Shown: positions 45,200 to 55,642 of the stretch, piece by piece
Layout: each line of letters opens with the position of its first letter
Position numbering within the stretch: position 1 is the stretch's first letter
From: Armatimonadota bacterium
GTDB taxonomy: Bacteria; Armatimonadota; UBA5829; DSUL01
Reading direction: 5' to 3'
Assembly: GCA_039811685.1 (NCBI GenBank)
Contig: JBDHZC010000001.1
Location: 864,001 to 928,000, forward strand
DNA length: 64,000 bases
Notes under the pieces: model-generated
Databases searched by the model: none
What the model saw: only the letters and a program-made list of their open reading frames with translations
Told to the model about the DNA's origin: nothing
Made by a program: the position numbers and the translations under genes

Positions 45200-47989
45200 A
45201 TGATGCGACTCGGACGAATTGTGTTTTTGACTTTGCTTCTCCTGCCTGTAGCTTTCGGCGTCGAGGCACAGGTGCAGTTTATGGGGTCTTACACGCAGGA
45301 CTTCAACGGGATGGGAGCAAGCGGCGTTACGGTCCCGGAGAACTGGTTCGTTGGCGGGCGCTCTGGTGTGGACGGAGCAGTTGATTCCTCTGGCAACGGC
45401 ATTGTCACAGGCACGAGTGTTGAAGCAGACGACGGCAGTATCTCTGACACACAAAGCGCTTACGGGAGTTTCAACTATGGCGCGGCTGGGTCATCCGCCC
45501 GCTGTCTGGGGTCTGTCGCATCATCCACGATGGGGCACCGCGCCATGGAAGTTCGGCTTCAGAACAAAATGGGCGCGCCGATCACGTACTTTTCAATAAC
45601 CTACGACGGGAAGCAGTGGCGAAAAGAAAACACAGGCGCTCAGGTGCTGGTTATGAAGTACAGCACGGATGGCGTGAACTTCGTGGATATGGGCCCGCTG
45701 TTCACCTTCACTTCGAGAGCGAATAACGAAGGCAGCGGAGCGATTGATGGCAACAGGTATGTGACGTTTGGCATTGGTGGAATCTACATCCCGGCCGCTC
45801 CCCTGCCCGCGAACTACATCTTTCATCTGAGGTGGTTTGACCGCAACGACTCTGGCGCAGATCATGGACTGGCGATAGACAACGTCGTCGTCACCGGATA
45901 CACCGGCCTGCCACCTGCACAGGTGACACGCGGCCCGTACCTGCAGATGGGGACACCGACAAGCGCCACAGTGCGCTGGCGAACCACCTATGCCACAGAC
46001 AGCCGTGTTCGCTACGGTCTGGACCCGAATCTTCTGAACCAGACCGCGGACAATCCCGCAAGTACGACGGAGCATGTTGTGCAGGTTACGGGTCTATCTC
46101 CTGAGACACGCTACTACTACTCCGTTGGAAGTACGACAGAAACGATCGTTGGTGGAGATTCGACCTACTATTTTGAAACTTATCCGACTGAAGGGCAGGA
46201 CAAACCGACGCGCGTCTGGATTGTGGGAGATTCGGGCACAGGAGACTCAAGTCAGAAGGCCGTGCGCGACGCCTACTACAACCTCACTGGAAACAGGCAT
46301 ACGGACGTCTGGTTGATGCTGGGTGACAACGCCTACACAAGCGGGCTGGATATCGAATATCAGAAGGGCTTGTTCAACATCTACACAACGCTGCAGCGTA
46401 CGAGCTTCCTGTGGCCCACCATTGGCAATCACGATACCAATGAGTCTATCAATCCCCCGCCGAGCCTGCCATATTTTCAGATATTCAGTGTGCCAACAAA
46501 CGGGGAGGCAGGTGGAAATCCTTCCGGGACCGAGAAGTATTACAGTTTTGACTTTGGACAGGTCCACTTCATCTGTCTGGACTCGCAGTCTTCTGACAAA
46601 TCCGCAAACGGCGCGATGGCTCAGTGGCTGGTTAACGATCTGAATATGCCATCCACCAAGTCAAAACGCTGGATCATTGCGTACTTCCACCACCCGCCCT
46701 ATACACACGGGTCTCACAATTCAGACACGTCTCAGACCTGCATTGATGTGCGCACTAATATCGCGCCCATACTCGAGAACGGAGGAGTAGATCTGGTATT
46801 GAGCGGCCACAGTCATTCGTATGAGCGCTCCGTTCTGCTGGACGGGCATTACGGGGTGTCTTCGACGCTCTCGGCGGCAATGAAACTGGATCCAGGGAGT
46901 GGACGAATTGAAGAAAGTGGTCCTTATGTGAAACCGACGTACGGCATCGCGCCGCACGAGGGCACAGTCTATGTCGTAGCGGGAAGCTCAGGAAAAACCA
47001 GCGGCGGTCCGCTGGACCATCCGGCTATGTACACAGGAATGAACACACTGGGGTCAGTCGTTCTGGACGTAAGCGCAGGTCGCCTTGACTCCCGCTTTCT
47101 GGACTCTACGGGCCTTGTGCGAGATCACTTCACTATTGTGAAGGGGCGTCCTTCCGTAAGCATCACGTCTCCCGCGCCAACGGCGGTGCTGGATGTCTCC
47201 GAAGAGCTCAGTATTACAGCCGCTGCATCAGCGCAGGCAGCCGAGATAACAAAGGTGGAGTTTCTGGACGGCGAAACGGTCTTTGCTGAGGACACTGACG
47301 CATCGGACGGCTTCAGCGCCACCTTCAGCAGCCAGACTCCAGGCAAGCACGAGATCAGGGCCCGAGCGACAGACTCCAATACAGCCAGGGCTACATCGGC
47401 TCCGGTCTTTGTGTATGTTGTCGAGAACAAGGATTCGGCTGGCGCAGCAAGGCGTGCCAGCGACGGCACAGCAGTGTCAGTACACGGTCTTGTCGTGTCC
47501 CTCGCGGTTGAAGACGAAGGCTTTTTCTATGCCCAGCAGCCTGACGGATCCGCAGGGTTGAGAATTGACAGCGCATCTGTAGCGCCTGTGGGAGCAAAGA
47601 TTGACGTGCGCGGAATTGTTGCCACGCTTGCGAACGGTGAGCGCGCTCTGACGGATGCCCTCTGGTCTGCAACTGGCACAGGGCCATTGGTCGTGCGCGG
47701 AACCAAGAATGCGAGCGTGGGAGGCAGCGGTTACATCGGTGATTCTGCAAACCTGACAAATCAGGGATTACTCGTGCGCGCCTGGGGCAGAGTAACTAAA
47801 GTGAGCACGGATTATTTCCTGATGGATGACGGCTCGGACGTACCTTCCGGTGACACCGAAGCGGGGATCAAGGTAATCGGCGCTCCGCTTCCGGCGGCCG
47901 GTGACTATGTCACTGTAGTTGGCGTTGTCGCCTCGGAAGCGGCTGACGGTGGATATATCCGTCTGCTGCGGGCAGTCCCTGAGCCGTAG
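45200..47989 (+). CDS. Secreted multidomain purple acid phosphatase-family metallophosphoesterase
   Basis: Signal peptide; FN3-like PAP N-domain; GDSG, GDNAY, GNHD, HH, GHSH; Ig-like and C-terminal beta domains. Confidence 0.88.
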   Translation: MMRLGRIVFLTLLLLPVAFGVEAQVQFMGSYTQDFNGMGASGVTVPENWFVGGRSGVDGAVDSSGNGIVTGTSVEADDGSISDTQSAYGSFNYGAAGSSARCLGSVASSTMGHRAMEVRLQNKMGAPITYFSITYDGKQWRKENTGAQVLVMKYSTDGVNFVDMGPLFTFTSRANNEGSGAIDGNRYVTFGIGGIYIPAAPLPANYIFHLRWFDRNDSGADHGLAIDNVVVTGYTGLPPAQVTRGPYLQMGTPTSATVRWRTTYATDSRVRYGLDPNLLNQTADNPASTTEHVVQVTGLSPETRYYYSVGSTTETIVGGDSTYYFETYPTEGQDKPTRVWIVGDSGTGDSSQKAVRDAYYNLTGNRHTDVWLMLGDNAYTSGLDIEYQKGLFNIYTTLQRTSFLWPTIGNHDTNESINPPPSLPYFQIFSVPTNGEAGGNPSGTEKYYSFDFGQVHFICLDSQSSDKSANGAMAQWLVNDLNMPSTKSKRWIIAYFHHPPYTHGSHNSDTSQTCIDVRTNIAPILENGGVDLVLSGHSHSYERSVLLDGHYGVSSTLSAAMKLDPGSGRIEESGPYVKPTYGIAPHEGTVYVVAGSSGKTSGGPLDHPAMYTGMNTLGSVVLDVSAGRLDSRFLDSTGLVRDHFTIVKGRPSVSITSPAPTAVLDVSEELSITAAASAQAAEITKVEFLDGETVFAEDTDASDGFSATFSSQTPGKHEIRARATDSNTARATSAPVFVYVVENKDSAGAARRASDGTAVSVHGLVVSLAVEDEGFFYAQQPDGSAGLRIDSASVAPVGAKIDVRGIVATLANGERALTDALWSATGTGPLVVRGTKNASVGGSGYIGDSANLTNQGLLVRAWGRVTKVSTDYFLMDDGSDVPSGDTEAGIKVIGAPLPAAGDYVTVVGVVASEAADGGYIRLLRAVPEP

Positions 47990-48158
47990 CACATAGCTTC
48001 TCATAGTCCACGGCGCCATTTCACTCACGGTGGAAACCCGTCGAGCGTCGTTCGTCTATCCGGGCAGGAAACAGGCCCTCATCCGCCAAAGATGTTGCCG
48101 GGCGTCTTCCACCGGCGCGGCGTCCCCCTTTTCAGATCTGGCGTCGGGGGCAGGACTG

Positions 48159-50375
48159 ATGACTTTGGCAACTCTCTCCACCATTCTGACGCTTGGCTGT
48201 CTTCTGGCAGTGACCGGAGCCGCCTCCGCGGCTTCACCGGCGCATTCCTGCCCGGCTAATGCTCACGAAGTGGACTTCTATGTGTCTCTGAATGGAAACG
48301 ACGCGTGGTCCGGTGTCCTCCCAATTCCTAATAAGAAGGGGACAGATGGCCCGTTCAGGACAGTCCGGCGCGCTCAGGAGGCCGCGCGCAAAATGCAGCG
48401 CACAGCAGGCAAACCCGTCCACGTCGCCATTCGTGGCGGCACGTACTTCCTGAGTGAGCCAATTGTCTTCACTCCTGCGGATAGCGGAAGCACAGAAGCG
48501 CCGGTCGTGTACGAGGCGTACGGGCGCGAAAAGCCGGTCTTCAGTGGCGGACAGAAGCTGACAGGCTTCAATGTCCGGAAAGACGGGACTTGGGAGCTTT
48601 TGCTCCCGGAAGTCAAAGATGGGAAATGGAGATTTTCGCAGCTCTTCGTCAACGGAACACGACGCTTCCGGCCCCGCCTGCCAAAACGCGGCTACTACTT
48701 TGCCGTTAACGAGGCTACGCCGTCAGAAAAGACTGAAGGGAAAGGCTTCGATCGCTTTGTGTTCAGATCAGGCGATATCAAGCCGGACTGGCACAATCTG
48801 AAAGATGTTGAGGTGCTGCCGTTCCACTCCTGGACGATGTCGCGCTTTCGAATCCAGGATATTGACACGAGCAAAGACATCGTAACATTCACCGGACAGA
48901 CGGGGCATGCGACATGGTGGCAGGCGATGAAGCAGGGCACGCGTTTTCTGGCGGAAAACGTGAAAGAAGCGCTGGATTTACCTGGAGAGTTCTATCTGGA
49001 TTCTGTGTCCGGTGTACTCACGTATCTGCCGAAGAAGGGCGAGAATCCGGCGACGGCACAGGTTATCGCTCCACGGCTTGAGAAGCTGGTGGAGTTTCGG
49101 GGCGATCCCGAGAACCGCAAATGGGTACAGGGGGTAATCCTGCGCGGGCTGAGCTTTGAGCATACCAACTGGACGTGTCCGCCTGAAGGCTACAGCGGGA
49201 CGCAGGCTGAGGTAAGCCTGGAGTCTGCAATCTCGGGAACAGGCGCCCGAGACTGTGCGCTGATAGCCTGCAGAGTGCAGCATACGGGCGCTTGGGGCGT
49301 GGAATGGGGCGCGGGCTGTAAGCGCAACAGGCTGGACGATTGTGAGCTGACAGATATTGGCGCGGGCGGTGTGAAAATCGGGCTGACGGGCGTCGTAGAT
49401 GATCAGGAAGTAATGGCCACCCACAACATCGTCCGCAACTGTCTGCTGGCGCATGGCGGGCGCATTCACAACGCGGGTGTGGGCGTGTGGATCGGGCACT
49501 CTCCCTACAACCTCATCTCACACAACGACATCTACGACTTCTACTACACGGGAATCTCGTGCGGATGGTCATGGGGTTACGGAAACAGCCAGGCCAATCA
49601 CAACGTGCTGGAGTACAACCACATTCACGACATCGGACAGTTTGTCCTCAGCGATATGGGTGGGATTTACACATTGGGCGTTGCGCCAGGCAGCATCGAG
49701 CGCGGGAATGTCATTCACGACGTAAACTCCTTCGCCTACGGTGGGTGGGGCATCTATTTTGACGAAGGCTCTACAGACTGGCTGGCGGAGAACAATCTCG
49801 TCTATCGCTGCAAGACTGGCGCTTTTCACCAGCACTATGGGAAGGACAACCGCGTAATCAACAATATCCTGGCGCTTGCCCCTCAGGACGGGCAGCTTAT
49901 ACGCACCCGCGCAGAAGACCACATCTCCTTCATCATTGAGCGCAATATCATCTACTGGAAGGATGCGCCGCTGCTCGGGAGCAACTGGACGGAGAACAAC
50001 AACTACAAGCTGGACTACAACCTTTACTGGCGCACGGATGGCAAACCTGTTGAGTTTGCAGGGATGTCGATGGACGAGTGGCGCAAGCGCGGGCAGGATA
50101 TCCACAGCCTGGTTGCGGACCCGCTATTTGTGGCCCCGGAAAGGGGTGACTTCCATCTGAAAACCGGTTCGCCGGCGTCGCGAATCGGGTTCAAAATGTG
50201 GGACTACACTCAGGCGGGGCGGCCTGGCAGCGACTGGAGCAAGCAGAAGATCGCACTCCCGCGCGCCTATCCCCTGCCCCAGCCCGAACCAGTGCCACCG
50301 ACTTCTCTACAGACAGACAACTCCCCGTCTGACAGAAAGACTGCGCAGATCAAAGGGCGCCAGAAAGCAATATGA
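48159..50375 (+). CDS. Secreted right-handed parallel beta-helix protein (putative polysaccharide lyase/glycosidase)
   Basis: FYVSLNGND, DGPFRT, RGGTY, DMGGIYTLG, GIYFDEGS. Confidence 0.85.
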   Translation: MTLATLSTILTLGCLLAVTGAASAASPAHSCPANAHEVDFYVSLNGNDAWSGVLPIPNKKGTDGPFRTVRRAQEAARKMQRTAGKPVHVAIRGGTYFLSEPIVFTPADSGSTEAPVVYEAYGREKPVFSGGQKLTGFNVRKDGTWELLLPEVKDGKWRFSQLFVNGTRRFRPRLPKRGYYFAVNEATPSEKTEGKGFDRFVFRSGDIKPDWHNLKDVEVLPFHSWTMSRFRIQDIDTSKDIVTFTGQTGHATWWQAMKQGTRFLAENVKEALDLPGEFYLDSVSGVLTYLPKKGENPATAQVIAPRLEKLVEFRGDPENRKWVQGVILRGLSFEHTNWTCPPEGYSGTQAEVSLESAISGTGARDCALIACRVQHTGAWGVEWGAGCKRNRLDDCELTDIGAGGVKIGLTGVVDDQEVMATHNIVRNCLLAHGGRIHNAGVGVWIGHSPYNLISHNDIYDFYYTGISCGWSWGYGNSQANHNVLEYNHIHDIGQFVLSDMGGIYTLGVAPGSIERGNVIHDVNSFAYGGWGIYFDEGSTDWLAENNLVYRCKTGAFHQHYGKDNRVINNILALAPQDGQLIRTRAEDHISFIIERNIIYWKDAPLLGSNWTENNNYKLDYNLYWRTDGKPVEFAGMSMDEWRKRGQDIHSLVADPLFVAPERGDFHLKTGSPASRIGFKMWDYTQAGRPGSDWSKQKIALPRAYPLPQPEPVPPTSLQTDNSPSDRKTAQIKGRQKAI

Positions 50376-50409
50376 CCTCAACAGAAACGGGCGAGGCCGT
50401 GAAGGAGAA

Positions 50410-52584
50410 ATGTTCGTGAGACTACTTATATGTCCAGTTCTGACTGCGCTGACAATCGCCGGGTTGGCGCTCTCTTGCAGCGCACAAACACAAAATCCTA
50501 TGCCAAGAGACTTTCCCACATTTCAAGTTCCTGGATTTGAGCAGGACATGCAGACGCTTCGCGACCTCTTCTGGCTGCACTATCCCGGCGCTGGACCCAA
50601 AGCGACAATATGGGATGAGTGGCTTCCCATGCCCAGCCTGTGGCCTGCCGTGGAGAGCGACGGCACAAAGGAACAGATGCGTCAACAGTGGCGCAGCACG
50701 CTTCTCGGACGAATCATCGACGCGGAAGGCTACGTCGCGACGCATCAGCATCAATCTATTGCTCATCAGCTTGGCTGGCCGTTCCCGTTCTGGAATAACG
50801 GATCGCACACGATGGGATGGCACTTCTCGTTCAAGAATACCGTAGGCCCGCCCTGGCGTCAAGGAGAGTTGAATACGACCGACGGCTGGTCGTTGAAAGG
50901 AGCGACCGATGCAGGTATGACGGATGACGGGTGGGCATTGAAACTGACTGATGAGCGCGCGATTGTCACAACGCCAGAACACGACATCGACACTTTTCAG
51001 TCGCCATTCCTGCAGATTCGATGGAAGGCCGACGGGCTCGCAATGACACAGCCGTACGTGGAGTGGCGGGCTAAAGACGAGCCCTTCAGTCCTCAGCGCC
51101 GCGTCTACTTCGACCCCGCCGGTTCAGATATTGTGTACACGATGATTCCAATGGACAGGCATCCACTCTGGCGCGGTCACATTCAGCAGTTGCGCATCGG
51201 ATTTGGAAACACAGCTCCAGCTTCCGCGACAATCCAGGCGTTCTTTACGCAGTTTGACAGCCGTCAGAACATTAACAATCAGGTGTTTGTAATGGGCAGC
51301 GCGGAGTATTTCCGCTGGACCGGCGACCTGTCTTTCCTGCGCGCGAACATCAACCGGATGCGCACCGCTATCCAGTATTTGATGACCGATCAGCACGGTC
51401 TTGAAAAGAGTGCCATCTACACGGACTGGCGCGGACACAACGGCGTCAGCGGAGCTGAGCGCAAGGCCGATGGCTCAAAGGTGATTCACGCGGGCGTCGG
51501 CATCGGCAACAACTATTGGGACCTGATGCCCTTCGGTGCTCTGGACGCCTATGCCACCATCCGCTACTATGTCGCGCTCAAGGATCTGGCACAGCTTGAG
51601 AGAGCGATTGCCGCCAATCCAGCGTGGAACATCCCCCCGAGCCAGTATGGATATACCGCTGAGTTTCTGGAAAAGCACGCTGAAAAGGTAAAGGCCCACG
51701 GCAACCGCGTGTTCTGGAACAGCGAGACCGGGCGCTTTGTGGCCTGCATTGACGAAGAAGGCAAAGCGCACGACTATGGCTTCACGTTCCTGAATCTCGA
51801 ATCCATATACTACGGGTTCGCGACTCCTGCGCACGCAAAACAGATACTGGCGTGGGTGGAGGGGAAGCGAGTTGTCAAGGGAGACACATCAACTGGACCC
51901 GACATCTATCACTGGCGATTCGGCCCCCGATCTACAACAAAGCGCAACATTGACTGGTACTTCTGGGCATGGAGCGCACCGGAAACAATCCCGTTTGGAG
52001 GGCAGGTGCAGGACGGAGGCGCAGTGCTTGGATGGAGTTACTACGATTTGATGTCCCGCGCATTCATCAGTGGCCCAGACAACGCATGTGGACGCCTGCA
52101 GGAGATAGCAGCCTGGTTCCGAGAGGTGCAGGCGGCAGGCGGTTATCGGGCGTACTACAAAGACGGTAGAGACGGCGGAACTCTGCAGGGTAACAACACC
52201 GCCGGCGGTTTGGGAATGGACGCAGAGTTCTTTGAGAGTGTACTCGTTCCTCAGGTCCTCCTGCGAGGTTTTCTGGGCTTCAAGGCAGGGGTGGATGGAT
52301 TTTCAGTAAATCCACTCTTGCCATCGAGCTGGCCAGAGCTGCGCGTTGACCGAATCGCCTTCCGCGACCTGGTACTGTGCGTCACTGCAAGACCGGATGA
52401 GATCCAGATTGACAGGGAGTCTGGACTTATGGATGATCCCTGCACAATTTATCTCCCAAAGGGCAACTGGACGCCGGCGGTGAGCGGGCGCGCAGTGAGG
52501 CCAAAACAGCTGGGCGAGCAGGCATGGAGTGTCGACTGGCATGGACTGGACACCGTCACGTTTAGAAAAGGGAGTGCGAATTAA
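50410..52584 (+). CDS. Secreted putative glycoside hydrolase ((alpha/alpha)6-barrel-like)
   Basis: Signal peptide, YFRWTGDLSFL, NYWD, FWNSETGRF, C-terminal P.LP..W beta domain; family not assignable by eye. Confidence 0.65.
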   Translation: MFVRLLICPVLTALTIAGLALSCSAQTQNPMPRDFPTFQVPGFEQDMQTLRDLFWLHYPGAGPKATIWDEWLPMPSLWPAVESDGTKEQMRQQWRSTLLGRIIDAEGYVATHQHQSIAHQLGWPFPFWNNGSHTMGWHFSFKNTVGPPWRQGELNTTDGWSLKGATDAGMTDDGWALKLTDERAIVTTPEHDIDTFQSPFLQIRWKADGLAMTQPYVEWRAKDEPFSPQRRVYFDPAGSDIVYTMIPMDRHPLWRGHIQQLRIGFGNTAPASATIQAFFTQFDSRQNINNQVFVMGSAEYFRWTGDLSFLRANINRMRTAIQYLMTDQHGLEKSAIYTDWRGHNGVSGAERKADGSKVIHAGVGIGNNYWDLMPFGALDAYATIRYYVALKDLAQLERAIAANPAWNIPPSQYGYTAEFLEKHAEKVKAHGNRVFWNSETGRFVACIDEEGKAHDYGFTFLNLESIYYGFATPAHAKQILAWVEGKRVVKGDTSTGPDIYHWRFGPRSTTKRNIDWYFWAWSAPETIPFGGQVQDGGAVLGWSYYDLMSRAFISGPDNACGRLQEIAAWFREVQAAGGYRAYYKDGRDGGTLQGNNTAGGLGMDAEFFESVLVPQVLLRGFLGFKAGVDGFSVNPLLPSSWPELRVDRIAFRDLVLCVTARPDEIQIDRESGLMDDPCTIYLPKGNWTPAVSGRAVRPKQLGEQAWSVDWHGLDTVTFRKGSAN

Positions 52585-52907
52585 TGCAGCGCATTGGTCT
52601 GTTGCTGAAAATCAAACCAGACAAACTTCAGGACTATCTCGAAATTCACAAGAACGTGTGGCCAGAGCTGCTCACTGAGCTGAAGAAAGCCGGCATGCGC
52701 AACTACAGCCTGTGGCTGGCGCCGGGCGGACTGGAGTTTGGTTACCTGGAGTGTGACGACTGGCAGAAGGTGTGTGAGTACCTGGCGGACTCAAAAGTGC
52801 ACGATAAGTGGCAGGAGTACATGCAGAACTACCTGGACAGCCCGACCGATGAAGGCCAGGGCGGCCAACCCGTGCAGCTTCTCGAAATGACATTCCTGAT
52901 GGAGTAG
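52584..52907 (+). CDS. rhaM: L-rhamnose mutarotase family protein
   Basis: Y..IH..VWPE, GMRNYSL, KWQEYM. Confidence 0.82.
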   Translation: MQRIGLLLKIKPDKLQDYLEIHKNVWPELLTELKKAGMRNYSLWLAPGGLEFGYLECDDWQKVCEYLADSKVHDKWQEYMQNYLDSPTDEGQGGQPVQLLEMTFLME

Positions 52908-52910
52908 CCT

Positions 52911-53600
52911 TTGAAACTCTGGGGACATTTTGAAAGACTGCGTCCTGCGCAGATTGACAGGATTAAGAATGCGGCTCCCATCGTTTATGTACCCTGGGGC
53001 GCGATTGAGTGGCACTCCTACCACAATCCAGTCGGGCTGGATGGACTGAAGGCGCACGCGCTGTGTGAGCACCTGGCGCAGGCAACCGGAGGTCTGGTGC
53101 TGCCGGTTTTCTGGGTGGCTACAGACACAATCAAACCGTTCAAAGGATTTGGTCATACGCTGAACTTCAGCGAAGAGACTCTGGGTGCGGTAACCAAAGA
53201 GCTGCTGGAGCAGCTTGCAGATGAGGGCTTCCGGGTTATCGTACTGTTGACCGGACACTACGGAGCCGCCCATGGACAGGTCATATCGGAGGTCACGCAG
53301 AGCTTCGCCTCAGAACACCCGGAGTTGAGTGTTTGGGCGCTGGCAGACTATATGGCGCTGGAAGGGTGCTCCCCGCCCAACCACGCGGCGCGCGGTGAGA
53401 CGTCGCTTATGATGCTTTTTGACCGAGAACTGGTAGACCTGGACGCAGTACCTGAGGGCGAGGCGCCTACGCTGGACGGCCATGGCGTGGCGGGCGAAGA
53501 CCCGCGACTCTCTACTGTGGAGTATGGCGCAAGACAGCTCGACTGGCTCGTGCGGAAGTGCTCCGAGCAAATAACCAGAATGCTTGAGGACAAGGGCTGA
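52911..53600 (+). CDS. Creatininase-family amidohydrolase
   Basis: GAIEWH..H..G.D, GHYG, HAARGET metal motifs. Confidence 0.88.
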   Translation: MKLWGHFERLRPAQIDRIKNAAPIVYVPWGAIEWHSYHNPVGLDGLKAHALCEHLAQATGGLVLPVFWVATDTIKPFKGFGHTLNFSEETLGAVTKELLEQLADEGFRVIVLLTGHYGAAHGQVISEVTQSFASEHPELSVWALADYMALEGCSPPNHAARGETSLMMLFDRELVDLDAVPEGEAPTLDGHGVAGEDPRLSTVEYGARQLDWLVRKCSEQITRMLEDKG

Positions 53601-53603
53601 GCG

Positions 53604-54968
53604 ATGGCAGAGTTGGTAGTTCACAGTCCGCTTCCGGATCAGGTTATTCAGCGCACCGGCAACTCTGGCAATATTTGCGTGCGCGTTCAAAGTGAGTCAA
53701 GTGTCACAGCGAGGCTGCTCGACCGAAAGGGCCAGGAAGTCGCCGAAGCTCACAATCACTCTGGGACCTGTGAGTTTACAATAGAGGATGTCCCGGTTGG
53801 CGGTCCTTACACGCTCGATGTGTCATCGGCCAAGGCGCGCGTCAGAGTCCGCGGAATTCTGGTCGGTGACCTGTGGGCTTTGGCCGGGCAGTCGAACATG
53901 GACGGGTGCGGCAAAATGCGCGAGCTGGAGCCACCTTGCGAACACGTTCATGCGCTCTTCTATAACGAGACGTGGGGAATAGCACGGGATCCGCTGTGTC
54001 ATCTGCGTGAATCCATTCACCCTGTCCACTATCAGGAAGAAGACTCTGTGGAGCGCGAGCGTCTGGCTCGGGAGTTTCGCGAGTTCTTGCCATACGGGGC
54101 GGGGCTTGGCGTACGCTTTGGAAAGGATTTGTTCAAGGCAACAGGCGTACCCGTGGGACTGGTGGTTTGTTCGCACGGTGGAACATCAATGGCGCAGTGG
54201 GACCCGAAACTCAAAAGCGAAGGGGGCAGATCGTTATACGGAGCGATGATGTTAAGGCTTCAGAGCGCGGGCGGGAAAATAGCCGGATGCCTGTGGTACC
54301 AGGGAGAATCCGACGCACTGGCTGGTGTCGAGATCGCTAACGGTTACAGGGAAAACTTCAAAGAACTGATCGTAACCCTGCGCAAAGACATGCATCAGCC
54401 GGATCTGCCGTTCATCTACGCTCAGCTCGCGAATTTTTTCACGTTTGAAGAGCCTGCGACATTTGACGGATGGAACGCTGTGCGCAGGGCGCAACTTGAG
54501 ATCGAAGGTGAGCTCCGGAATGTGGCAATGGTCGCGAATATTGACGCGACGCTCTCGGATGCGATCCACGCCGATGCCCTCTCCCAAAGGAGGCTTGGCG
54601 CAAGGATGGCGCTGGCAGCGCGCCGGCTGCTCCTTGGGGAAAACAACTTCACATTGGGTCCGAGACCTCTTGGTGCGCAGATCGTTGGACCCCGCAGTAT
54701 TAGAGTGGACTTTGCGCAGGTTAACGGCAAACTTCATCCGGCGAAAGGGATGCAGGGCTTCATTATCCGTAACGAAGAGCGCCCGGTGGTTGTCACCTCC
54801 GCCTGCCGCCATCCGGACAAGCCATCCAGTGTTCTACTAACGACTGCAGAGGCTCCTGAGGCGGGATGGGTGCTTGGATACGGCCTCGGAACAAATCCCA
54901 ACGTCAACGTAAGAGATTCCAGAGGATTCCCGGCTCCCATGTTCGGACTTATTGACGTCTCAACCTGA
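53604..54968 (+). CDS. Sialate O-acetylesterase-like SGNH hydrolase
   Basis: GQSNM, WYQGESD, DAIH. Confidence 0.88.
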   Translation: MAELVVHSPLPDQVIQRTGNSGNICVRVQSESSVTARLLDRKGQEVAEAHNHSGTCEFTIEDVPVGGPYTLDVSSAKARVRVRGILVGDLWALAGQSNMDGCGKMRELEPPCEHVHALFYNETWGIARDPLCHLRESIHPVHYQEEDSVERERLAREFREFLPYGAGLGVRFGKDLFKATGVPVGLVVCSHGGTSMAQWDPKLKSEGGRSLYGAMMLRLQSAGGKIAGCLWYQGESDALAGVEIANGYRENFKELIVTLRKDMHQPDLPFIYAQLANFFTFEEPATFDGWNAVRRAQLEIEGELRNVAMVANIDATLSDAIHADALSQRRLGARMALAARRLLLGENNFTLGPRPLGAQIVGPRSIRVDFAQVNGKLHPAKGMQGFIIRNEERPVVVTSACRHPDKPSSVLLTTAEAPEAGWVLGYGLGTNPNVNVRDSRGFPAPMFGLIDVST

Positions 54969-55208
54969 ACAAAAGCGTGTGCAGCGCTTATCTGGTAGCC
55001 GTCGTATCTGCGGCGGCTCTTTGTTTTCCTGCTGCACCTGACACCGCAGATAACCCGGGAAGTTCTAGAGCTACGACCCGAAGTTTGCGACGAAGTCTCT
55101 TTGGCAAATCTCAACGATTCCGATCAGGCCAAAGGGGATCGTTCGGAGTATAATGACCCACAAGCAAGGTAGAGAGAGGAGACTACCTGGCTGGAGAGGA
55201 GACTAACC

Positions 55209-55634
55209 ATGACAAGCGATGCAGACGCCAGCACCGGAGGCCTGAGAGGCGCAACAACAGGTACAGATGAGCGGCCGGCTCAACAGTTGGCAGAGCCCGT
55301 GATGCACTTTGACCTGTCTCACGAATCGCAGAGCTTACAGGCAGAGCCGCCAATGGAGCGTTCCGGGCACAACGCTAACACTCTCGTACATTTTCCCGAC
55401 CTGCGCGTGGTGCTGGTGAGCGTCCGGAAGGGGCAGGCACTGCGCGACCACCGGGCTCCGGGACGAATCTCTATTCAACCGCTCCAGGGACAGATCAGAG
55501 TCCACACTCAGGAGCGGACTGTGGAGATGAAGAGTGGAGAACTGCTGGTGCTGGATAAGGCCGTGCGGCACGAAGTTGAAGCAGTGGAAGATGCTGTTTT
55601 TCTGCTGACACTGGGCGCGCCAACGGCTGATTGA
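55209..55634 (+). CDS. Cupin-domain protein
   Basis: HRAPGRISIQPLQG...HEVEA. Confidence 0.82.
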   Translation: MTSDADASTGGLRGATTGTDERPAQQLAEPVMHFDLSHESQSLQAEPPMERSGHNANTLVHFPDLRVVLVSVRKGQALRDHRAPGRISIQPLQGQIRVHTQERTVEMKSGELLVLDKAVRHEVEAVEDAVFLLTLGAPTAD

Positions 55635-55642
55635 AGGCCAAA

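Noticed and set aside
47975..47989. Protein ends in VPEP, like a PEP-CTERM sorting signal
   Set aside because: A stop codon follows immediately, and the in-frame read-through has no hydrophobic TM helix.
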